Of a stretch of DNA of 40,000 bases, positions 16,392 to 22,627 are shown in pieces. Numbering within the stretch: position 1 is the stretch's first letter; every line of letters starts with the position of its first letter. This stretch comes from Arsenophonus sp. aPb. Its GTDB lineage: Bacteria > Pseudomonadota > Gammaproteobacteria > Enterobacterales > Enterobacteriaceae. The stretch is taken from the NCBI RefSeq assembly GCF_029873475.1, contig NZ_CP123499.1, positions 999,616 to 1,039,615 on the forward strand, read 5' to 3'. The notes under the pieces are model-generated. The model saw nothing but the letters and a program-made list of their open reading frames with translations, searched no databases and was not told where the DNA came from. Both the position numbers and the translations under genes were made by a program.

Positions 16392-16510
16392 TTATTCATC
16401 CCAAAATTAATTTTATTAAAAAGGCCACTTATGCGATTTAAGCGGCCTTGGAACATTAAAAATTTACTACGTGATTGCCTGCTTTTAACCACGTCAGGCG
16501 AGGTGGTTTG

Positions 16511-16561
16511 TGTATTTACCACAACACACAAAAAACGCTACTATGTGCTTACCACAACACA
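16511..16561 (+). promoter_or_regulatory. two 18-bp direct repeats (16/18 identical) upstream of the sieB-like gene, with a possible promoter
   Basis: TGTATTTACCACAACACA (16511-16528) and TGTGCTTACCACAACACA (16544-16561) have starts 33 bp apart. TTACCA-17 nt-TACTAT could be the -35/-10. Confidence 0.35.
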
Positions 16562-16580
16562 TAGAAATGAGATTTTAATT

Positions 16581-17102
16581 ATGCCTGATTGGGTTATGTC
16601 TGTTATTTCCTTTTTAAAGGGAAAAATTTCGGTGAGTTTTAGTATGTTTTGGTTAATGTTTGGTTTGATATTGTGGATATTTTTACCTGAGAGTTTTTTC
16701 ATTTATGTGGATTATAGGCCCATCTTGCCTAATGTTTCTAATTCACTTCTTCTAATTTTTTTCACAGGTTTCTTTGTTTCTAAGTTAGTGAAATTTAGTA
16801 TAATATTTTTTTCTACATTAAGAAAAAAGATAAAATTAGCAAAAGAAAAAAAAGATAGTGAAAACCTGATAAACAATCTTTCCAGTAAAGAATTAAATAT
16901 TTTGTATGATGCCATAATTGACGGTAAAAGGCTTTTTAAATTTCACAATAGAAGTCCATCTGCATTGAGATTGATTGAAAAAAACATATTAAAATATCAT
17001 GGCACTATCAAAGATAAACCAATTATGGGATGGTTTGAAATAAATAAAAAATATTATCAGATAATATTAAAAAAGTATGCTGATAAGATAAATCATCGTT
17101 AA
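16581..17102 (+). CDS. sieB: superinfection exclusion protein B-like membrane protein (173 aa from MPDWVMS)
   Basis: Two N-terminal TM segments (..LILWIFLPESF.., ..LLLIFFTGFFVSKLV..) are followed by a KKIKLAKEKK linker and ..LSSKELNILYDAI.. The layout is typical of the SieB family. It lies opposite to the early-left operon. Confidence 0.6.
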   Translation: MPDWVMSVISFLKGKISVSFSMFWLMFGLILWIFLPESFFIYVDYRPILPNVSNSLLLIFFTGFFVSKLVKFSIIFFSTLRKKIKLAKEKKDSENLINNLSSKELNILYDAIIDGKRLFKFHNRSPSALRLIEKNILKYHGTIKDKPIMGWFEINKKYYQIILKKYADKINHR

Positions 17103-17127
17103 CACTTTGCCGTCACCTCTCCAGACA

Positions 17128-17316
17128 TCAGAATAGGGCGGCGGCGTTTTTGACAATTAACTTATTTCCGCATCCTGGACAGTAGTTCATATCGTTTTCT
17201 TTCGGACCACCATCCATGAATTGAAATGTAAACCCGCAAGATGCTTCCCAGAAATAATCTGAATCAATCCAAGACCACTCACATTTTTTGTGATCTTTTT
17301 CGTCATTATCAGGCAT
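17128..17316 (-). CDS. small Cys-rich (zinc-ribbon-like) protein, 62 aa from MPDNDEKDH
   Basis: Has C..W...SCGF...YCPGCGNKL. The ATG at 17316 overlaps the stop of the N-like gene by 8 nt. Confidence 0.5.
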   Translation of the reverse strand: MPDNDEKDHKKCEWSWIDSDYFWEASCGFTFQFMDGGPKENDMNYCPGCGNKLIVKNAAALF

Positions 17317-17686
17317 TAGCGCTAATTCCAAACTGTGTTTTAGGCTTGCTGTTAAAACGTTTGGTGCTGTACATAGCAGTAGTTGGCATACAACAGTTAT
17401 CAAACGTATCTTTAACTTTTTTCTCAACATTTCCCTTAAACTGAACGATTAAATCAACGATAACATTTACCCATGTGTTAATTTTTTTACGTTTTGTGGT
17501 CAACTCTTTTTGAACACTGTTTTTTATGCCAAAGGCTTTATCGATAATGCTTTCAAGAAATTTTCTTTTAGAACGGCGGATATTTTCTTCAAGACGACGG
17601 ATCATCATTAAACGACCGCGCTTTTCATAACGACGCATTTTTGAGTTAGTACGACCGGTTCTGGGTAAGTAAATGATTGTTGCCAT
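17309..17686 (-). CDS. N-like transcription antiterminator (arginine-rich N-terminus)
   Basis: MATIIYLPRTGRTNSKMRRYEKRGRLMMIRRLEENIRRSKRKFLESIIDKAFG resembles P22 gp24 as I recall it (MTVITYGKSTFAGNAKTRRHERRRKLAIERDTICNIIDSIFG). Strong GGAG RBS. It sits left of pL. Confidence 0.55.
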   Translation of the reverse strand: MATIIYLPRTGRTNSKMRRYEKRGRLMMIRRLEENIRRSKRKFLESIIDKAFGIKNSVQKELTTKRKKINTWVNVIVDLIVQFKGNVEKKVKDTFDNCCMPTTAMYSTKRFNSKPKTQFGISANA

Positions 17687-17952
17687 AAATTCTCCGCTTG
17701 TAGATTAGATGCCGTCTTTCCGGCTGTCATCACTCCCACTGTTACACCGGTATTTCTCTCGTAATACTCAGCCGTTACTCGATTGCGATACCCTAACTAT
17801 TAGGTCACCCGTTAAGGGAGGGAGTGAACCCACCCATCAGTTCGAAAATGGCACCTGCTTTTGTATACCGCTCAGGTGGCGCGGTTCCTTGCTTTCCACA
17901 GTCAAGGAAAATTGATATAGTTGTAATTCCACAGTCAAAATAAGGAAATAAA
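17687..17952 (-). other. ORF-free, G+C-elevated leader upstream of the N-like gene (candidate nutL / structured RNA)
   Basis: No credible ORF. The minus-strand hairpin UUCC-UUGACUGU-GGAA (17894-17909) resembles the nutR hairpin. Mutually exclusive stems ACCGC/GCGGU and CACCUG/CAGGUG are present. Confidence 0.35.
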
Positions 17953-18231
17953 ATGGCAGACTTTACTGTTCGTGTAGAATTACATGGTGCAAATGCTGAT
18001 GATTACGTATTACTCCATGACAAGATGCAAGCAAAAGGATATTTCAAAGAAATCATCCATTCAGATGGAAAAAGATATAAATTGCCCATGGCTGAATATA
18101 TAACTACTAAAAATAAAGCAGCATCTGATATATGCAGAGAAGTTGTAAATATAGCATCTGAGGTTAAAAAATATCCTGATGTGCTAGTTACAAAATCAGA
18201 AACCAGAGCTTGGTCTCTAAGTATCGCTTGA
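17953..18231 (+). CDS. hypothetical 92-aa protein, antisense to the pL transcript
   Basis: AGGAA RBS. Its promoter region carries two TTCCACAGTCAA repeats (17894-17905, 17927-17938). Confidence 0.65.
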   Translation: MADFTVRVELHGANADDYVLLHDKMQAKGYFKEIIHSDGKRYKLPMAEYITTKNKAASDICREVVNIASEVKKYPDVLVTKSETRAWSLSIA

Positions 18232-18414
18232 ACCAAATTCAGGTAATTTTTCTTCGCTTTCTAGTTCCACAAATGCTTTTCTTATTTTGTGGGCTAGAAA
18301 GGTAACCACATCGTCATCGAGAACAAATACTTGTTGATACTTAATACGCAATAATTCAGCTAAAACTTCCCGTGCTTTTTCTTGCGATTGTTCGCTTAAC
18401 TCTTCAAACTTCAT
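18217..18414 (-). CDS. hypothetical acidic 65-aa protein
   Basis: Strong AAGGAGAGG RBS. It is the first ORF downstream of pL, and its 3' end overlaps the 17953 gene by 15 bp. Confidence 0.65.
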   Translation of the reverse strand: MKFEELSEQSQEKAREVLAELLRIKYQQVFVLDDDVVTFLAHKIRKAFVELESEEKLPEFGSSDT

Positions 18415-18980
18415 AACCTCTCCTTGAATAAATAAGTTTTAGCGATGTGTGACAGGTAACCTCTCCTGCTCAGTGCCGCGGTGTTTTTAATCATAGCCGA
18501 CCGTTCCATCAACGTATCTTTGGCCTTAGATAGCATATCCTTATGTTCGCTTAGGACGTTTAGGCTGCTTATCTTGTCCCGACCGTTTGACGATTGTCAT
18601 TCGTCATTCACACATCCCAAAACTTACTTGCTTGGCGCTACACTCTCGTAGTAGCCAACGCTCATGCCCTTGAGTCTATGTCGCCTCAGCCGCTAATAAC
18701 CGGTGAGAGTCTGGCTTTCTCTCTGCATGCTTTACCGGCGCACCTTCTTCTTTAATTAACCCTAACTAGCGTGCGTTGAAGTTTGCACCTTCATCTAGCT
18801 CTCAAGGAGACTCGGGGCTACTTCATGACAGTAGCTTGCAAGTTGCCCATCACTTAATTCACCATGATTAATATCTCCGTAGATGAAAACTTAACTACTA
18901 AATATTTTCAGGTAGTTCAAAACTAGGTGAAAATAAGAATTAACAGAGTATTAATCTATCAACTTGATATTGCCTCTCCA
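18415..18980 (-). other. ~570-nt ORF-free, G+C-elevated transcribed leader (candidate structured ncRNA)
   Basis: A hand count of seven 60-nt lines (18421-18840) gives about 47% G+C, against about 28-33% in two lines of the adjacent cassette. No ORF of 60 codons or more on either strand. Many local stems, e.g. UGACGA-7nt-UCGUCA, CCGGU...ACCGG enclosing GAGAG...CUCUC, and the long-range pair GAUGUGUGA/UCACACAUC. Confidence 0.35.
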
Positions 18981-18988
18981 CAAGAGCG
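18981..18988 (-). promoter_or_regulatory. boxA-like element (CGCTCTTG) about 30 nt downstream of pL
   Basis: 7/8 match to lambda boxA CGCTCTTA. No convincing boxB follows it. Confidence 0.3.
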
Positions 18989-19025
18989 GAGCATTCGTTT
19001 TTGTACTTCTGTGTTGATAGAGTTA

Positions 19026-19054
19026 ATTATCACTGATGGAGGTTTTATTGTCAA
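19026..19054 (-). promoter_or_regulatory. pL promoter
   Basis: The minus strand reads TTGACA-17 nt-GATAAT (-35 at 19049-19054, -10 at 19026-19031) and overlaps operator-like sites. Confidence 0.6.
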
Positions 19055-19069
19055 CACCGCCAGTGATTA
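19028..19069. promoter_or_regulatory. oL operators
   Basis: TATCACTGATGGAGGTT (19028-19044) and AACACCGCCAGTGATTA (19053-19069). The latter shares CACCGCCAGTG with lambda OL1 TATCACCGCCAGTGGTA. Confidence 0.55.
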
Positions 19070-19180
19070 TTTTAATTAAAAAAACACAACACATTGATTC
19101 AAAAAGAATTATTTTTTGTAAATTTTTTTGGAAAGGTAAGAAATGGAGAGGAGGGCAATAAAAAACCCTCGGGGAAGCGA

Positions 19181-19537
19181 TTAAAATTTGGGTATGATAG
19201 GTAGATTCTCTATATTGAATCCTGACATATTTAGCAGGTTTACAATATACGTTCTAATATAAGGATAAGCTAATCGATGAAAGTTAATCTCAGCCATAAA
19301 ATCATTTAATTTACTACTTGAAATTTCTTTTTTAAATTTTAGGAAAAAGTTGTATTTGAAAGATAATTCTAATGTGTCAGCAATTAATAGTACTGTTTCC
19401 ATGGTTGCTTTAATGTTTTTTTTATCTTTCTGATCAATAAAGTAAAACGATGTTATAATTATGTTGCTTTTAGTATGAGATGTATTTTCTTCAAGCTTAA
19501 TCTCTGAAACGTTTGCTTTAGTTATTGTAAATTCCAT
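19181..19537 (-). CDS. SecB-like chaperone (118 aa)
   Basis: The N-terminus FTITKANVSEIKLEE resembles SecB FQIQRIYTKDISFEA. The C-terminus AYPYIRTYIVNLLNMSGFNIENLPIIPKF resembles SecB [28 protein letters not shown]. GAGG RBS. Confidence 0.6.
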   Translation of the reverse strand: MEFTITKANVSEIKLEENTSHTKSNIIITSFYFIDQKDKKNIKATMETVLLIADTLELSFKYNFFLKFKKEISSSKLNDFMAEINFHRLAYPYIRTYIVNLLNMSGFNIENLPIIPKF

Positions 19538-19544
19538 TTAAACC

Positions 19545-19775
19545 TCAAAGAGACATTCTCATAGTGTTATGAGTAACAGATTGACATTCAATCCAATGGT
19601 GAACTTCTTGCTTAATTGAAGATGATTTAACGTTAATCGTAATAGAGGTATTGCTTTGATCTAATTGATTGCTATCAGCAATTCCTGCACTAACAAGTTC
19701 AGATAATAACTCATTTCTACTCATTGATTTCAGACGAGCAATAGATTCTTTTGCTAGTTGCATTTGGCTTTTCAT
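19545..19775 (-). CDS. 76-aa protein, candidate antitoxin of the cassette
   Basis: ATGA overlap with the upstream gene, and a strong GGGAGGG SD inside that gene's 3' end. No recognised domain. Confidence 0.6.
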   Translation of the reverse strand: MKSQMQLAKESIARLKSMSRNELLSELVSAGIADSNQLDQSNTSITINVKSSSIKQEVHHWIECQSVTHNTMRMSL

Positions 19776-20344
19776 ATCACCCTCCCTCGTTGTACAACTG
19801 TCAATGAATTTTTGTCAATAGAACGTAATGGCTCCCTTATGCTTATAATTGTACAATTTTGAATCCTAGAGTTGTATATATTTTTTCTTGACCACAGATC
19901 AAGCTTGATATATTCACTCCTAATAATAGCATCACAACCTATTGCTTTTGCTATATAGTTGCATACCTCACAATCATTCTTGAGTGATTTTTCGAATGAT
20001 TTAGTTGATGAGATGTTATTTTTCTTCATAATACCAATTAGTTCATCTCTATAGTAATTAAATACTTTTTTCCCTTCTATAGAATCCAGGTTTAGTGGGT
20101 TATTTATACTAATATTAGCTTTAATTACAGAAAATTGTGTATATTTATAACGTTTTCTAATTTTATCGTATGAATGTCTTTTAGCCCAACACGAAGCATT
20201 ATGTTCTGGATCGCTAACTCCATCGATAAAAAAATAAGCCCCAGTTCCTAGCCATTCATCTTCCTTTGTACTGACGCGAAAATTACCACTCAGAATCATA
20301 TCTTCATTTTCAGCATTTGTACCGTGATAACCTATTAATTCCAT
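19772..20344 (-). CDS. 190-aa protein with H-Y-E ADP-ribosyltransferase-like motifs (candidate toxin; possibly DUF3990-like)
   Basis: IGYHGT (res 4-9; compare ExoA VGYHGT and DT SYHGT), GTGAYFF (res 33-39), RSEYI (res 142-146; compare DT SVEYI). Weak RBS. Confidence 0.55.
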   Translation of the reverse strand: MELIGYHGTNAENEDMILSGNFRVSTKEDEWLGTGAYFFIDGVSDPEHNASCWAKRHSYDKIRKRYKYTQFSVIKANISINNPLNLDSIEGKKVFNYYRDELIGIMKKNNISSTKSFEKSLKNDCEVCNYIAKAIGCDAIIRSEYIKLDLWSRKNIYNSRIQNCTIISIREPLRSIDKNSLTVVQRGRVI

Positions 20345-20407
20345 ATTAAAACCAATAAATTTGCATCCATTATTGTAATTACTCTTTTTTACTGCTCTCT
20401 ACCCACC

Positions 20408-20869
20408 TCACGATGCTCTTTTGGATTTTTTCTCTTTTTCTTTTAAAAACTCAGCTATCTCGTCTATGTGTTTCTTTTTGTTAATAATTGCTTTGATAAT
20501 GTCTTCTTGATCCTTTTCAGTAATGTTATTGAAGAGATCTAAGAAAATTTTGTCTTTTCGTGAAATCTCAATAAAATCTTGTTTGTGATGATCTAGGTCG
20601 ACAGCTTGATACATTTTGACTATTTCTTTGGCAATAGTAGGACTGAAATCATTTACAGATACTTTCAGAAGTTTTGCTAAAGCAACAGCATTTCGTAAAT
20701 TTAATGCATTTATTCCATTGAAAAGAGAATTAACAGCACTTTGTACAATGCCTAAATGATCAGCAACTACTGCTTGAGATAAGCCCAATTCCTTTTTTTT
20801 GGCGTTATATATAGCCTTTAATCGCTTAGCGTCTGCGAGCTGTTCCGCATTTAATGGTTTCTTTTTCAT
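20408..20869 (-). CDS. cI: CI-like prophage repressor lacking an S24 autocleavage domain (153 aa from MKKKPLN)
   Basis: The N-terminal ~95 aa closely parallel the lambda CI NTD. The C-terminal ~60 aa are charged and helical, with no S24 motifs. The ORF-track start at 20986 would run through pR and the operators. Confidence 0.9.
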   Translation of the reverse strand: MKKKPLNAEQLADAKRLKAIYNAKKKELGLSQAVVADHLGIVQSAVNSLFNGINALNLRNAVALAKLLKVSVNDFSPTIAKEIVKMYQAVDLDHHKQDFIEISRKDKIFLDLFNNITEKDQEDIIKAIINKKKHIDEIAEFLKEKEKKSKRAS

Positions 20870-20880
20870 AAAAAAAATTT

Positions 20881-20944
20881 TATCACCAAACGGGATAATT
20901 CCCAACCTCCTGCGGTGTTGACAATGAAATCTCTCAAGGTGATA
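20881..20944. promoter_or_regulatory. oR operators (three 17-mers, centres 23-24 bp apart)
   Basis: TATCACCAAACGGGATA (20881-20897), AACCTCCTGCGGTGTTG (20904-20920) and AATCTCTCAAGGTGATA (20928-20944). The last matches lambda OR1 TACCTCTGGCGGTGATA at 12/17. Confidence 0.6.
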
Positions 20945-20946
20945 AT
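20918..20946 (+). promoter_or_regulatory. pR promoter
   Basis: TTGACA (20918-20923)-17 nt-GATAAT (20941-20946), followed by the AAGGAG RBS of cro. Confidence 0.7.
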
Positions 20947-20970
20947 GAATAAGCACCAAAGGAGATTGAA

Positions 20971-21174
20971 ATGAAACAATTAACACTAGCTGAATATGTA
21001 AATATTCACGGACAAGAAAAAACAGCTAAAACTTTTGGGATTTATCAAAGCGCTATTAATAAAGCCATTCATTCTAAAAGAAAAATTACAGTTTTTATTT
21101 ATGAGGATGGAAAAGTAGAGGCCAAAGAATTAAAGCCATTTCCATCTCAGCGTCCTAACAAAAAATTAAATTAA
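20971..21174 (+). CDS. cro: Cro repressor
   Basis: [56 protein letters not shown] parallels lambda Cro [56 protein letters not shown]. Confidence 0.92.
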   Translation: MKQLTLAEYVNIHGQEKTAKTFGIYQSAINKAIHSKRKITVFIYEDGKVEAKELKPFPSQRPNKKLN

Positions 21175-21182
21175 ATTTTTAC

Positions 21183-21220
21183 TGTTCTTTAACAACTAAC
21201 CAGTTCCGCCTATGTGGAAC
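21183..21220 (+). promoter_or_regulatory. nutR-like site (boxA + hairpin)
   Basis: TGTTCTTTAACAA (21183-21195) matches rrn boxA TGCTCTTTAACAA at 12/13. Seven nt later comes the hairpin GTTCC-gcctatgt-GGAAC (21203-21220). Confidence 0.5.
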
Positions 21221-21314
21221 ACTTTTTAACCGCTGCATTTTTTGCAGTAGTTACCTATTTAACATTCCCTCACAGGGAGGGGTAAGTATTACTTTACGGA
21301 AATTATTATCACAA

Positions 21315-21653
21315 ATGGAAAGTACAGTTACACGTAAATCGAACGTAAAACAAATAGAAGCACGTATTAGGAATGCTATTCAAATGCACTCAGGAGTGAA
21401 GATAGCAGAAGTAGTGGGGTTAAGCTCAGCACAGATAACACGCTGGCAATATGAGAATGGCATCATAGAGAAGATGGCTAAGTTACTCGATTTCATCGGC
21501 TACGACTCACCCAATCAGGATTTAGTAATTACAAACATATCAGGTGATGAAATTCGAAAACTAATCGACATGTTAGAGCACTTAAGGTTGCCAAAAAAGA
21601 GAGCCTCGAAGGCGGCGACCAATGAGGCTAAATACAATTTTGGTTTTGAATAA
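21315..21653 (+). CDS. cII: CII-like transcriptional activator
   Basis: IEARIRNAIQMHSGVKIAEVVGLSSAQITRW parallels lambda CII IESALLNKIAMLGTEKTAEAVGVDKSQISRW. It sits in the position after cro/nutR. Confidence 0.7.
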   Translation: MESTVTRKSNVKQIEARIRNAIQMHSGVKIAEVVGLSSAQITRWQYENGIIEKMAKLLDFIGYDSPNQDLVITNISGDEIRKLIDMLEHLRLPKKRASKAATNEAKYNFGFE

Positions 21654-21684
21654 AAAGTAAACTGTTAAAGCAAGGTAATTATAC

Positions 21685-21852
21685 ATGAAAACGAAATTTT
21701 ATCATAGCGCTGTGCATAAAAATATCCAGCGCGAGCGAGTTTATCGCGCTTTCACCAAGTTGGGCGTTAAAAAATTAAAGGCTGCATTTGAAGATGCAAA
21801 ATTAAGACTGAAACATCGTAGGGAATTAACAGGAGATAACCATCATGAGTAG
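21685..21852 (+). CDS. small basic protein, 55 aa (below the ORF-track cutoff)
   Basis: Hand translation gives MKTKFYHSAVHKNIQRERVYRAFTKLGVKKLKAAFEDAKLRLKHRRELTGDNHHE. Its end overlaps the replication gene start by 8 nt. Confidence 0.4.
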   Translation: MKTKFYHSAVHKNIQRERVYRAFTKLGVKKLKAAFEDAKLRLKHRRELTGDNHHE

Positions 21853-22627
21853 ATTGCTAATTAATGAGCCTCCTATCGTGTTTTCTCCTTCATTGGCTGC
21901 ATTAATTGGGACTAATGAGGCGATAGCTCTTCAACAGATACATTATTATGTGGAAATATCTAACAATCTTCATGATGGATGTCGATGGGTATACAACAGT
22001 GTTACCAAGTGGAAAATTAATCATTTTCCTTTTTGGAGTGAATCAACAGTTAAAAGAACCTTATTAAATTTAGAAAAAAGTGGATTACTCATTACTGGAA
22101 ATTACAACAAAGATAGTAGAGATAGAAGTAAGTGGTACACAATTGATTATGCCAAATTAAATGAACTCGAAAACAACGATAAAGATAAGGATGAGGAAAA
22201 TGCATTAGGTCAAAATGACCTAATGGACGATGTCAAAATGACCCAACCATTACCAAAGACTACTACAAATATAAATAATAAAAACCAACAAAAAATATCG
22301 TCTGACGACTCGAAACCTGCAAAACAGGTTTCACGTAACCGGCAAAGTAAAATTCCCTATCAGGAGATTATTCAGGCGTTCAATGAGGCTGTCGGTGATA
22401 CACTGCCTAATGCTGAAACCCTGAATGACAAACGAAAACGGGCAATATCCAAGTTCTGGAAAGAACTCAAAGAACCATCACTGGAAGCGGTCAAAAACTA
22501 TTTTGGGTATTTCATGGAAACGGCAACGCCTTGGTATTTCGGTGAAAATGATCGGGGCTGGAGAGCTAATTTTGATTATCTGTTACGGCCTGACACGATA
22601 ACAAAAACACGGGAGGGTTCACTTTGA
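21845..22627 (+). CDS. replication initiator / replisome organiser (lambda O position)
   Basis: An N-terminal winged-helix-like region (..VKRTLLNLEKSGLL..) and a conserved C-terminal region (..PYQEIIQAFNE..LND.RKRAI..FW..) are typical of phage replication proteins. It contains internal iteron-like repeats. Confidence 0.7.
   Translation: MSRLLINEPPIVFSPSLAALIGTNEAIALQQIHYYVEISNNLHDGCRWVYNSVTKWKINHFPFWSESTVKRTLLNLEKSGLLITGNYNKDSRDRSKWYTIDYAKLNELENNDKDKDEENALGQNDLMDDVKMTQPLPKTTTNINNKNQQKISSDDSKPAKQVSRNRQSKIPYQEIIQAFNEAVGDTLPNAETLNDKRKRAISKFWKELKEPSLEAVKNYFGYFMETATPWYFGENDRGWRANFDYLLRPDTITKTREGSL
22208..22243. repeat. iteron-like repeats inside the initiator gene (candidate ori)
   Basis: GGTCAAAATGACC (22208-22220, a perfect palindrome) and TGTCAAAATGACC (22231-22243) start 23 bp apart and are followed by an A/T-rich tract. 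Confidence 0.4.

Noticed and set aside
16431-16580. The N-terminal extension of the sieB-like ORF given in the track.
   Set aside because: The extension is generated by the direct DNA repeats and adds a non-membrane, repeat-derived peptide. The ATG at 16581 gives the family-typical layout.
17709-17915. A 68-codon plus-strand ORF inside the G+C-rich island.
   Set aside because: It has no RBS, an odd composition (Ser/Leu/Pro/Arg-rich, typical of random G+C-rich frames), and lies in a region better explained as leader RNA.
18415-18980. A possible group I intron. Short stretches such as ACGGUCGGGACAAGAUAAGCAGCCUAAACGUCCUAAG loosely recall group I core elements.
   Set aside because: No flanking exons join into an ORF, the element order does not match P-Q-R-S, and no P1/omega-G context is recognisable. 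I kept it only as a generic structured-RNA candidate.
20870-20986. The upstream extension of the cI ORF (track start 20986).
   Set aside because: It would run through oR and pR and overlap the cro start. Homology to lambda CI begins at MKKKPL (20869).
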